Shown here in pieces: positions 37,328 through 49,260 of a stretch of 64,000 nucleotides of DNA. The translations under genes were made by a program, and so were the position numbers. Under the pieces are notes generated by a model, which was given only the letters and a program-made list of their open reading frames with translations, was not told where the DNA came from and searched no databases. Origin of the DNA: Octopus sinensis (taxonomy: Eukaryota); the NCBI RefSeq assembly GCF_006345805.1, contig NC_043009.1, forward strand, positions 17,670,001-17,734,000, written 5' to 3'. Position 1 is the first letter of the stretch. Every line of letters begins with the position of its first letter.

Positions 37328-37798
37328 AGATAAATAAAGAAATGAAGTTAAATGCAAGTGTTATTCAAATCTTCATATTTCCAACATATGTTTCAAAGTA
37401 AACATTGGTATTAGTCCAGAGGGTATAAAATGATGTAAAACAACGCCTTTAAGCTTTATTCCCATTCATCTATTGCACTACATTTCTCCACTTTTGGCAT
37501 TCTGCTAATTTCCTTCTTTCTCCTCCTCTTTCTCTAAATTGCATTTGGCGTTAAATCTATTAACGGTTTTTTAAAAAAATAACTTGCCAGCATTCCCTTC
37601 ATCCTATATGCAGTAACCACATTCAGTTGAAATGGCTTATTGATGTATTTTGTTTCTCCCTTTTTTTCCTTGATGAGAAGATTGCAATGTTTTACATCAT
37701 TTTATTCCCTCTGGAATAATACCAATGTTTTCTTTGAAACATATGTCAGAAGTATAAAGATTTAAAAAACACCTGCATTTAACTCCATTTCTTTATCT
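37328..37798. mobile_element. MITE/fold-back element with about 115-bp imperfect TIRs
   Basis: 37328-37444 is the reverse complement of 37687-37798 (for example CATATGTTTCAAAG and TCCAGAGGG.ATAAAATGATGTAAAACA). Confidence 0.8.
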
Positions 37799-37820
37799 AT
37801 CTATCTATATATATATATAT

Positions 37821-40800
37821 CAGTGGCGTGCAGTGACTTCCGGCGTTGGGCATGCAATTAATTTCATTGCCCCCCCCCCCCGGCAATTTTTCAGTAAAAC
37901 ATTTTCGTATTCCTACGATTTACATATAAGAGATTCTGAATATGCAGAATAAACAGGGAATAAAAAATGGCTGTGCAGAGATGATCCTGAAATAAGTGTA
38001 TTGTTTGTATTATTCTTTGCTCTTCGAAACGTCAGTACTTTCCCATCCTCATTCTCCCTTAGAAAAGTCTAAAAATCATAAGTGAAATGTAATAAAGATG
38101 AAATTGGATTCTGTCAATATGTTTGCATATTCAGAATCTCTGTTAAAGGTAGGAATCCGAAAAAAAATTTTCACATAAATTCGTTTTTCAAAGGGGTACG
38201 ATTCTGCATTAGCCCCTATACCTATCGGTTGAGCTGAATGAAATGATTTAATTAAAAGAACACATTTAGTTACATTATATGGCCATGGTTTTAGATCGTT
38301 ACGCTCTCGAAGACAAGTCAGGTTCTTTATCATGCTACTTGTCAATTCCGGGAAAATTATTGACTGTTCTGAGACTTACTGAACTCCGTACATTAAAGGA
38401 CTACGTCTCACGCACAAACATTGAAAATACACGCATATACATGAATACGCACACAATGAAAGACAGCGAAAATTCAAGATTGTAAAAAGCCTCCCAAAAC
38501 TGTTGTGGCAGAAGTCAACATCTCTGAGATTGAAACAAGACACTTATTGAAAGTGAAACAAAACACTTATTTACGGCCGTTAATAGACTACACCCAGCAG
38601 CACAGAAAGGGAAATCTATGTAGGTAGGTTTCACGAAGAAATCAAAACATTTCTCCTGCGAGACAATACTGATGTAAGAAGGTCGAACCTTACGTTATAA
38701 CAAACACTAAGCAAAACCTGTAATATATGCTCTTTAATATATATATTTTTTAATGTTTTAAAATGTTACTTAGCTCATTTATAAATTAATTCAATTCTTC
38801 GATCTTTCTGGGCAAATATATCTATCACATTTTCATAGAAATCTTCTCTTTTCATCAATTCTTGTAATAAATCTTTTTCAATTGACATTAGTGCTAACCC
38901 AGACAGTCTTCTTTCTCCTGTCGCATTTCTTTGGTATGTTTTAATTCTACTTAATGCAGAAAAGGATCGCTCTACAGAAGCAGTGGTAGACGGAATTGTC
39001 AAAATCAACTTGCACAGATTGAAGAGTTCTGGCATAGCTTCAACAAGATCAGTGCTGTTAATGTAACTCATTAAATGACTTACACTTGGTTTTTTAAAAT
39101 CTTTCATTGAATACATCACATTGAGCTCACTTTGTAATCGTATTACATCAAAAAATCTGCCATAAGTTGTTCTTAAAGAATCTAAAGAGTCCACAGGAAA
39201 TTGTTTGCAATACTCATCAACTTTGTTGAAATTCAAAAGTTCCATGAATTTAAACTCTTCTAAGGATGAATATCGTGCTTTTATTTGGTCAACTATTGTA
39301 CTTATAATTTTGTTATAAAGCGTTCTATAATGTCGTTGGGGATCAATAGATATATTCTTGGATCTCTGAATTCCGATTCCTGCATCGACTCCATATTTTT
39401 CCCCTAACCTATCATAAAAGACTGAAAAATTATCAAGTTTGTTTTCGAGTACAGTTCTAGTTTTATCTATTTGCTGTTTACAATACACTATGTCATGACT
39501 TTTACTCTGGAGTATGTTAAATAAGACGTCAGTAAAAGAAAAAATGTCACTGAATACCTCTAACAAAAATAAGAAATCAGGAGCTTTTAAAGTGTGTAAG
39601 AATCCAATTGCTGAATTTATGGTGGTCTCATCCCATGCTTCAGGATTTTCAATGATGTGTTCAAAAAGGCTGATTATGAAATTATAATTTTCCTTTGTGG
39701 TAATAATATGACGTGAGGAGTAATTCCATCTAGTTGCTGTTGCTTTCGGAAATCTTTTTTTAACAATATTATCTAATGCATTAGTCCTTTTCGGTGATTT
39801 CATAAAAAATGTACCGAGTCCATTTATTGTAGAAAAAAATATCTTGCATTCTTTCATAGCAGAGCATGATTGTGAAAGAACTAAATTTAGGATATGGGCA
39901 CAACAATGAATAAAGATCGCACATTCATATTTCTTTCTTACTTTTGCCTGTAACCCATTTAGTTGTCCTGCCATTGTAGCAGCACCATCATATGTCTGCG
40001 CAATCAATTTGTTTCCACATTCCCACGTCTCAATGCATTTAAAAACATGTTCAGATAAAGCATTTGCAGATCGATCTGCACTAACATCACTAAAACCGAT
40101 AAATCGTTCTTTCGTCACACAGTCTTCTGTAACATAACGTAAAACTGTTGACAGTTGTGAAGATGCTGAGACATCAGATGTCTCATCAACAAGAATAGAA
40201 ACAAACTTAGCTTGGTCAATTTCCTTCTGCATCTCATTCAACATAACTTTATGAATTGCTTCGATCAAGTCATTTTGAATTCTGTTCGACAGACCAGTGA
40301 AGATAGAAGCTGTATCTAAATGACTTTCCATTTGTTTGTCATACTTACTGATCAAATAAACGAGTTCTTTATAATTTCCCCGATTATTAGAGCCTTCAGA
40401 TTCAAAATGACCCCGAAACGATAATTCCTGGAGGCCTAAAAAAATAACAACATTGATCAATCGTTGCAGAATGGATCTGTTTCGTCGAACTTTCTCATTA
40501 TGCTGTTGTATGCTTTGATTTTTACGTGCATCTAATTGTAAGTCTATGCGAACATTCCCGAATATTTTAAGGTCTATCAAACATTTTATATGCCTTTGAG
40601 AACGCTCGTGCTTTAGCATAGCCATATGTAAATTATTTAAATCATCATAGCCTTTATCATTCCAAACATTTTTTTCTAAGCCAAAAAGTAAACACGGCCA
40701 ACAGAATAATTTATTAAGAGCAACACTTCCAGTTAACCATTTCTTCTTTTCATACGAATTAACCTGAAATTGTCTCGTGAATTTCTTGTTGTAGCTTCGC

Positions 40801-41615
40801 AAATTAGGTAAATTCGGTGTTGGTCTCCCGCGATTTATAATTAATTTTTTCCCATCGAAGTCCCTTTTAGAAAAACTAGTTCTCAAAATATCGTTTATAG
40901 CACACATTTCACTCATTTTGAAAAAAGCTGCTCTTATTTAAGGACCCACGTGGAAGCGCCGGCGTAAATTTTAAGTCAATTTCAACAAAACGGAAAAATA
41001 CCCTTTGTTAAATTAATTTAAGATTAATTAGCTATTTCTGAAATAAGAAATATAATGTAGATATTTTTGCTTTCAAAACTTTCTAAAAATATGATAGTGC
41101 AAACGGATGTTTTGGATAAAAAATTTCAAACTTACATGCGAAGGCTATTCCAACATTTCAGCTGGCTAAAACAAGAATTATGGGACGGCTCTTGTTCCGG
41201 TCAAAATAGCCAGAGGCGTGATATGCGATCTAAGCACAGCATGACACGCCAAACTGAATTTGTCGAATCGCTGAGAGAGAAGGGGGTGACCATTCCTCGT
41301 AGTATATCTTTTAAACAAAGAAAGAGGGAGAAGGGACAAACTATCAAAGACAGAGAGAAGGGACTCATGCTGTCTTCCCAACGCATGACAAGCGATAAAT
41401 TTATCGAGTCACTAAGATAGAGAGAGAGAGAGAGAGGAAGGAAGGACAAACTAATACAGACAGAGAGGGAGTGTGTATCATGCGATCTTCTAAAAGCATT
41501 TATCAAAGCAGATGTACGAAGTGGAGACAATATTTCTAAAACAACTGGACGTATTTTCTTTGAAACAAAGAAGGCATGCAGCGCATACCTTGCATTGCTG
41601 AGAGTGCACGCCCCT

Positions 41616-41616
<1 letters not shown>
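37821..41616 (-). mobile_element. Complete hAT DNA transposon (Tip100/ZMYM1-like)
   Basis: TIRs CAGTGGCGTGCA and CAGGGGCGTGCA (11/12); 8-bp flanks ATATATAT and GTATATAT; internal transposase. Confidence 0.92.
38775..40916 (-). CDS. hAT transposase, 713 aa, intact (TTF-type zinc finger, DUF4371-like region, hATC dimerisation domain)
   Basis: LFCWPCLLF..KHERSQRH; LSFRGH..NRGNYKEL; VDETSD; YDGAATM; IHCCAH; TRWN; SVERSFS. Confidence 0.95.
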   Translation of the reverse strand: MSEMCAINDILRTSFSKRDFDGKKLIINRGRPTPNLPNLRSYNKKFTRQFQVNSYEKKKWLTGSVALNKLFCWPCLLFGLEKNVWNDKGYDDLNNLHMAMLKHERSQRHIKCLIDLKIFGNVRIDLQLDARKNQSIQQHNEKVRRNRSILQRLINVVIFLGLQELSFRGHFESEGSNNRGNYKELVYLISKYDKQMESHLDTASIFTGLSNRIQNDLIEAIHKVMLNEMQKEIDQAKFVSILVDETSDVSASSQLSTVLRYVTEDCVTKERFIGFSDVSADRSANALSEHVFKCIETWECGNKLIAQTYDGAATMAGQLNGLQAKVRKKYECAIFIHCCAHILNLVLSQSCSAMKECKIFFSTINGLGTFFMKSPKRTNALDNIVKKRFPKATATRWNYSSRHIITTKENYNFIISLFEHIIENPEAWDETTINSAIGFLHTLKAPDFLFLLEVFSDIFSFTDVLFNILQSKSHDIVYCKQQIDKTRTVLENKLDNFSVFYDRLGEKYGVDAGIGIQRSKNISIDPQRHYRTLYNKIISTIVDQIKARYSSLEEFKFMELLNFNKVDEYCKQFPVDSLDSLRTTYGRFFDVIRLQSELNVMYSMKDFKKPSVSHLMSYINSTDLVEAMPELFNLCKLILTIPSTTASVERSFSALSRIKTYQRNATGERRLSGLALMSIEKDLLQELMKREDFYENVIDIFAQKDRRIELIYK

Positions 41617-41646
<30 letters not shown>

Positions 41647-41648
<2 letters not shown>

Positions 41649-42340
41649 GGCAAGCGAAATCGAAATCGAAACCGAATTGAACCAGCCAGGATCCCTGGCC
41701 TGGTGGTACGTAAAAAGCACTATCCGACTCGTGGCCGTGGCACGTAAAATACTCCAATGCGACCGTACGACAGGCACCCATGCCAACCCCCTTTGCTTGT
41801 GAAGACATGTTGGGGCAAGCGAAATCGAAATCGAATTGAACCAGCCAGGATCCCTGGTCTGGTGGTACGTAAAAAGCACTATCCGACTCGTGGCCATGGC
41901 ACGTAAAATACTCCAATGCGACCGTACGACAGGCACCCATGCCAACCCCCTTTGCATGTGAAGACATGTTGGGGCAAGCGAAATCGAAATCGAATTGAAC
42001 CAGCCAGGATCCCTGGTCTGGTGGTACGTAAAAAGCACTATCCGACTCGTGGCCGATGCCAGCACCGCCTTGACTGGCTTCCGTGCCGGCGGCACATAAA
42101 ATACACCAATCTGACCATGGCCGTTGCCAGCCTCGCCTGGCACCTGTGCAGGTGGCACGTAAAAAGCACCCACTACACTCACGGAGTGGTTGGCGTTAGG
42201 AAGGGCATCCAGCTGTAGAAACATTGCCAGATTAGACTGGAGCCTGGTGCAGCCTTCTGGCTCCCCAGAACCCCGGTCGAACCGTCCAACCCATGCTAGC
42301 ATGGAGAACGGACGTTAAACGATGATGATGATGATGATGA
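41647..42340 (+). mobile_element. Young SINE family C copy with 2.5 tandem units of 159-165 bp at the 5' side and a (GAT)n tail
   Basis: Units start at 41647, 41812 and 41971 (GGGGCAAGCGAAATCGAAATCG...). Confidence 0.9.
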
Positions 42341-42929
42341 TACAATAGGCTTCTCTCTGTTTCCATCTGTGTAATTCAGTTTTTGGTCAACCTACAGTGT
42401 GTCTATTGTAGAAGACTTGTCCAAGATGCCATGCAATGGGACCAAACCAAAGACCACATTATTAGGAAGCAAGCTTCTCAATGGCATAACTATGCTTTAA
42501 CATATATCTATATATATTAGTTACTGTTTAACTTTCCACTGCCAAGGAGCCTTTGTATGAGAATGGAGTGTTGAGTGGACCACTGGCCTCTCCAGGCATT
42601 TGAAAGGTTTGTTTAATCGACAAGAGAATTCTATTAATTAACAGAAAATCCATTTTTCTAGTTTCATCTATCAGTTGAAATTCAATGTATGATGACAGGA
42701 ATATTATAATGAGACAATCTCTCTTATCAGCTCATAGCACACTTATCCAGTTTCTGTAGCTGAAGAGGAGATAACCACACCAAAATGCATGCATCCCACA
42801 GTCTGGGTAGGTGACGCAGTGAACTGATTTTGATGTATTTACTTCTTTTATCTACAGTATGAAATTTTCTCCTTGACAAAACACAGTGAATGGCTTTCTT
42901 ATGGGTTCAAATATGCTCCAAGCAAATTT

Positions 42930-44900
42930 ATTCCTGGCAACAACCTTTCAAATATGTAAGTAAATTAAATAGATTGCAATATAAAAAAAAAAGTACTTGT
43001 TAAATGAGATAGTTGATACTGCTTTGTTGATACTATGATCTAGATTTTGGGGCACCAATGATGGTCAGTTTTAAGCAGAAATCAGGTTCCACAATATTTC
43101 TGTAAATGGATTTTATACAAAGCAACTGGGAGAAAGCTTGAAATATGTAATTGGTAATGGAATTAAATATTTCAGTGTTTTGGATACCAGTTCTGGGTAA
43201 TAACTTTTGATATGGAAACAAAAGTCTACTAGATCATGTTGAATGGAGTCACAGAAAAGTTCAATGAGACTGTTCTCTTCATCTGATGCTAAATGTTTGG
43301 CAGTTTTTATATTTATATGAAATAAATAATCTGCCACAGCAAAATTCAATCCAACTCATGTAAACATGGAAAAGTGGGAGCTAAACTAATGATGATGGTG
43401 GTGGTGGTGGTGGTGACAATGACGATGACAATGATGAGAATGGCAGCGACGACGATGACAACAGCAACAACAAAAATGATGACGACGACAATGACAATGA
43501 TGATGAAAAGTATGATAATGATGTCATCCCATATCCAATTGTTACTGGTTTGTGGAGGAGGAAAACAACACCTTCATTCAGCACATCAAACTTGCAAGTG
43601 CCGAATGAAGAGGTTTCCTGTTTCTTTAGAATGGTCAGCATTATCATCAGCTGTTACAGAAAGTCCTGGAGCATTGGAAAGGATTCAGACACACCACAAT
43701 CATAGTCTCCACGCTACGTTCAAGTTTAGAAAATCTTAACCTTGTAGGCTCAAATTTAGGCTATTTGAATACTTGAAAATGCCACAGACATATATGCCGT
43801 AATAGCCAGCCATAAAATATTATTGAACCACTTCTTTCCATAGAAAGAATTTTTTTCATAGAAAAAAGAAAAAAGAAAAAAAAAGAATTATATTTCATAA
43901 TGCAAGGCAAATATGCAAGTAAGTACTTTACCACAAAACAGCTAATGCATTTGAGAATGCAAGAATAGCAGTTCAAGGCTACCGCTCATCTTCTCACAAA
44001 AACACTAAAATTACAAGAATTAAATGAGCTTCTGTAAAATCAACTGCTTTCACTGCCTCCTTGTGTTGTATTCAATTTTCCTGTCATGTTTCTTGGCTGC
44101 CAATGCTTCCCTATTTATGCAGCAATGATATTTGATATTTCATCTTGAATATTTGCCTTGAGTGTCTCTGTATTTTCCTAACATTTATAGGAATCTCATC
44201 AGTTCTGACTCCTTCACATTTTGACCACACATTTTAATTATTCTTCATTATTAAATTGTTCAAATTACTAAAAATAGACTCACTAGTTATATGTGTTGAA
44301 AATGACTGGCAAAACTTTGCTGCCATTAAATTCATATTGTATGAATGCAAGGAAATCAGCACAGTTAGAAATATTTGTACTTATACAAAATTCTAAAGAA
44401 TAGTATTCACTTTTAAGAACTCTTATCAATGATTTCCAACATTTTCAGAGATGTCTTCTATCCGCCACTTCACTGTGTTGCTTGATAATGGAATGATATC
44501 GTAATTCCTGGCTATTTTGTCTCTATGCATTCTAAAGACTTTGGCAGTAGGTAAAATTAGTTCCTCCACTGTTGTGTGTGGTTTTCCAGTCTTTGCTATT
44601 AAAAGAGACACATCATATGATGCAAACAGTACTTTTATTATGCTAGTCACTATTTTTCGACTAACTTTTGTCATGAAAGTAGTTCATGCAATCTTCTTTG
44701 AATATATTCAAAGGGTTTGTTCATGTTTTCTTTATGCTTCGTTTCTAAATATTGGCAAAGTTTGGTTGGCTTCATGCTTTCATTGGACAGTATTTGATAA
44801 CACAGAACATGCTGAGGTTTCTCTTTATTTTCATGGTAACTGTTTATAAAATTCTAAAGGATACGTACTCATTTATGAGTTTTCCATTTTGAAACATGAG
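42930..44900 (-). mobile_element. Buster/Charlie (ZBED5-like) hAT transposase relic
   Basis: ASYDVSLLIAKTGKPHTTVEELILPTAK..IPLSSNTVKWRIEDISE; EALAAKK; LIELFCDS..YPELVSK..; YRNIVEPD. Confidence 0.8.
43385..43520. repeat. GAT/GGT/GAC/CAA triplet compound repeat
   Basis: Directly visible. Confidence 0.9.
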
Positions 44901-45312
44901 TCACTAATTTTTCCATTTAAACATATTGTATTTTTACCTATATTTTCACCATGTTTTTTTTCTTTTATTGTTTTAATGTATTTCCAGTTTTTAACCAAGA
45001 ATCCATAATTTCCAGTTTATAACCAAAAATCCATAATTTCCAGAGGATTATATAATCAGTTATATAAAGAATTTTTTTCACTGATGCATTTAATATTGTT
45101 GCAAAGAGAATAAATCACATAGATACATATACCATACAGAATTTATTCAAATATACTATATTGAAATGGAATCCTTTATATTTATGGTGTTAAAAAATCA
45201 TGTATCTTGTTCACAAGTGGTCCTTTGTATTAATGCTGCAAGTAGTCAATTTCTGGTAAAGCATTCACATGATGATCTGTCACATACCATTATCATAATA
45301 TACAATAACCAT

Positions 45313-45492
45313 AAGGCAGCGAGCTGGCAGAAACGTTGGCCTGCCAGGTGAAATGTTTAGCAGTATTTTGTCTGCCATTACGTTCTGAGTTGAAATGTCG
45401 CTAAGGTCAACTTTGCCTTTCATCCTTCCGGGGTCAATAAATTTAGTACCAGTTGCATACTGAGGTCAATGTAATCAACTAGCCCCCTCCCC
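45313..45492 (+). mobile_element. SINE family A
   Basis: GAGCTGGCAGAAACG head and CTTTGCCTTTCATCC core. Confidence 0.85.
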
Positions 45493-45829
45493 AAAAGACT
45501 GAAAGGAGGTCTGCATCCAAATAACTTTACTCAACACTTTGCAACTGAATCGGTGGAGGCAAAGATGCCTCTCATTTACTTGACAATTTATGCACCACAT
45601 TGGAGAAATCACAATCTAAGTATATGTCAAAGCAAACTTTTACACTGTTGTACCATTGAATTACAAATAATGCTCATATTTTATGCTCAGGTGACCCTAC
45701 AGCTTCCAAGAGTACAACTGTATTCGTCTTAGATAAAATGACAAAATTGTGGGTGTTAAGTCCCCATGAAGGGGTCTTTCTAACTTGTAAGAAGATGAAA
45801 TTTTATAAATATTACTTCATTTGTGTCTA

Positions 45830-46350
45830 ATATCTATGGTTAAAATTTCATCAACAGCAAAAATTTCATCAACAGCAAAAATATATGAATTGTCATGGGG
45901 ATTATGGCCCTTATGCATAGAATATAATTTCCAAATTTCATAAAGATCCATTCAGTACTTTTGACCTAGTTTTGGATCATAAAAGAAATGACTAAAATTT
46001 GGGAGTTAAGGTCCCCATTAGGGTGTCTTAGAATCCTCATGTGAAGTGGAAACTTTGAGAATACTTCTTGATGTGTGTCAATGACCCATGGTTGAAATTT
46101 CATTAAGCCATCTGAAATTCAAACCAAACATATTGCATTATACCTGCTCTATGCATTGAATCTAAGCTTCAAACATCATAAGGATCCATTCAGTAAATTT
46201 GGTCCATGAAATTGTATGAAACACACAGCATTACCATTCTACCTAGGCTTGGATTTTGTACTCCAAATTTCATTATGATCGGTGCAGCAGTTTTCAAATG
46301 TATAAGTAACACACAACACATAAAGACATTGACTTTGATATAATAGATAT
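45830..46350. repeat. Interspersed repeat with recurring AAATTTCAT/GATCCATTCAG motifs (possibly Helitron/Helentron non-autonomous)
   Basis: Motifs recur at 45842, 45862, 45934, 46096, 46185 and 46266; the family assignment is inference. Confidence 0.35.
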
Positions 46351-46499
46351 GAATATGCACATATACATACATGTATATATATATATGTGTGTGTGTGTGT
46401 GCATGTTTGTGTATTATATATATACACACACACACAAACAAAGATAAATTGATAGATACAACTGAGTGGGCAAGGAAAAGTATGGGACACAACCTAGTG

Positions 46500-46975
46500 C
46501 TTTTTTTATGTTGATAAGCCTGGTACTTATTCTATTAGTTTCTTCTTGTGAAACCAGTTAGTTGTGGGGATGTAAATAAACGAACAGCAGTTGTGAAGCA
46601 GTGATGAGGGCGAAACAGAGACAGACACACACATACACTTACATATTTACATACATATATATACGACTTTGCCTTTCATCCTTCCGGGGTTGATAAATTA
46701 AGTACCAGTTACGCACTGGGGTCGATGTAATCGACTTAATCCGTTTGTCTGTCCTTGTTTGTCTCCTCTGTGTTTAGCCCCTTGTGGGTAGTAGAGAAAT
46801 ATAAATATATATATACGATTGATTTTTTTCAGCTTCTGTCTACGAAATCCACTGACAAGGCTTTGGTTGGTCTGAGGCTATAGCAGAAGACACATGCCAA
46901 GTCACTACACAGTGGGACTGAACCCAGGACCATGTGTTTTGGAACCAAGTTTGTTACCACACATCCACACCTGCA
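46500..46975 (-). mobile_element. SINE family B with a plus-strand family A copy (46665-46801) nested in its internal microsatellite
   Basis: B tail at 46500-46630, A copy, then B head at 46815-46975. Confidence 0.8.
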
Positions 46976-47165
46976 CATGTGTGTGTGTGTGCGTGTGTGT
47001 GTATGGGTGTATATATGTAAGCTTGTATATATATGTATATATATGTGTACATATTACATGTACATCTAAATATATATACATCTACACATATACATGTATA
47101 CATATACATCTATATCTATAGAAATGCATCTATAGATATACATCTATACGTATACATGTATACAT

Positions 47166-47220
<55 letters not shown>

Positions 47221-47291
47221 CATCCATATATATACATGTATATATATATATACATATATATATATACATGTATAAATATATATATATATAT

Positions 47292-47323
<32 letters not shown>

Positions 47324-47529
47324 ATATATTATATATATATATATATTATATATATATGCATGTATATATGTATGTATGCCTGTATATATGTGAGATAATA
47401 GTTTTACTTTAATAGTTTCAGTATTAAAGTGAAACTATTAAAGTGAAAGCATCTGACATTACAATAGAGAGATGTTATTGTTTCACTTTTGACATGTAAT
47501 ACTGAAATAGTGGAGAAGATATGATATTG

Positions 47530-47715
47530 CTGTGGGCTCTCGCACTAGGCAAGAAGTTAAAAAACTTTTGGCCTATGACACTACATGGGCCCTAAGTAAG
47601 GCATGTGTAAAATTTGAATGAAATTGGTAGTGTAGTTCTCAAGTTTTAGGGATTCACACAGACAGACACACAGACAGACAGACATTCTCATCTTTATATA
47701 TATATATATATATAT
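47530..47715 (+). repeat. DINE/Helentron-like non-autonomous repeat end
   Basis: GTGTAAAATTTGAATGAAATTGG...CACACAGACAGAC..ATTCTCATCTTTATATAT; the family assignment is inference. Confidence 0.4.
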
Positions 47716-48379
47716 AGGCAAACTGAAAATAAAAACAAAAAACAGCAAAAGTCAGAAAGATGTACACAATGAATGTATTAGGTTGACACTCAGTTTAAGA
47801 TGAAATAAAGAGCAGAGCGTGACATTTTGAGCAAAGCTCATCATCAGAAAGAGGTAAGGAGAAAGGTCTGGAGAAGAGGTAAAAAACTAGTCCAAGAAAA
47901 GCATGTGTGTGATTACATGGCTGAAGTGACTGGAAGTATATATATACAATATGACTCAACAACAAAGTTGAAGAATATTGTGTTGATCTTCATCTCAGGG
48001 AGATTCACTCCTTAAAATTTATTTGTGACATTCATTCATTCTGTGTGTATTATTTCTATGTACAATTTTGTCATGTAAAAATCAAAGAAGAATATCATAC
48101 GTGCAATTTATAATGGCCATAAGAATTTATTACAATTAGATTGATGTGTCAACCAGAAGGGAGTATAAATAGAATTATTATTAAACATCATGCAACAGTT
48201 TTCTTTATTGTTGGCTAAATTCCTACATACTGTAACTTCATTTCTTTCTGTTGTTTCACCTTTTTTTTTTTAAGTTAATGATTATGAAGAAGAAAAGAAA
48301 AGGATACACTGCACAGAAATGAGAGGTTAAAAGATGAACTGGAAAGAACAACACCATCAGGATTTTGATTGTGAATGCG

Positions 48380-48846
48380 AGAACAGTGACATAAGTAGAG
48401 ACATAGAAAGTGAATGACACTACAGAGACACTGACAGAAACAAAAGTGGTGATACATAAAACATATCACAGTGACATAAACAGTGAAACAGGCACAGTAG
48501 CAGAAAGTAAGTACCATCCCTGTGACACAAACAGAAACAGTTTCTGATAGAGAGCAGAAAGTAAGTACCATCCCTGTGACACAAACAGAAACAGTTGCTG
48601 ATGCATAGAGCAGAAAATGACTGACATCTGAGTGACACAAACAGAATCAATTGATAAAAAATACAATAGAAATTATGTGACACTGCAGTAACACAGAATC
48701 AGTTACTGACAGACAACAGAAAACAATTGACATTACAGTGATTCATACAAAAGTAAGAGTTAATACAGAATGTGATGGTTGACAGACTGAAACATAGACA
48801 GTTGCTGATATAGACAGAAGAGAATGAATGTCATTACAATGACACA

Positions 48847-48881
<35 letters not shown>

Positions 48882-49260
48882 CAATTTCTGATACAAACAA
48901 CCAAAAGAGACAACATTATAGTAACTACTGACTATTGCTGATAGACAACAACAAGTGAGTGACATTACAATGGCACAGAGATAATAGCCAATACAGATAA
49001 TAAAAAATGAGTGACATTACAGTGACACAGACACATTTTCTGATACAAAAAACAGAACCTTACAAACAATTGCTGATGCCAACAGCAGAAAACATTTGAT
49101 ATCAGAGTGACATTGCTACAGTGACACACAGACAGACAATTGCTAAGACATGAAAAAGAAAACTAGTGACAGTACAGTCACCCAAACAGAGGTACTTGCT
49201 GGTACAGACAATAGGAAAAGAGTGACAGTTCAATGGTACTAGTGATACAGACATCAGAAT
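48380..49260 (+). repeat. Degenerate 54-57-bp minisatellite
   Basis: Unit resembles GTGACACAAACAGAAACAGTTGCTGATACAGACAACAGAAAAGTGAGTGACATTACA; two near-identical units at 48506-48615. Confidence 0.85.

Noticed and set aside
41647-42060. CRISPR-like appearance of the tandem units
   Set aside because: Whole units are duplicated with no unique spacers; eukaryotic context with no cas genes
41490-42302. 270-aa minus-strand ORF with internal repeats
   Set aside because: Antisense read-through of the SINE and its tandem units, crossing the hAT TIR
42540-42640. Possible exon reading MPGEASGPLNTPFSYKGS on the minus strand
   Set aside because: No convincing donor before the stop codon and no recognisable homology
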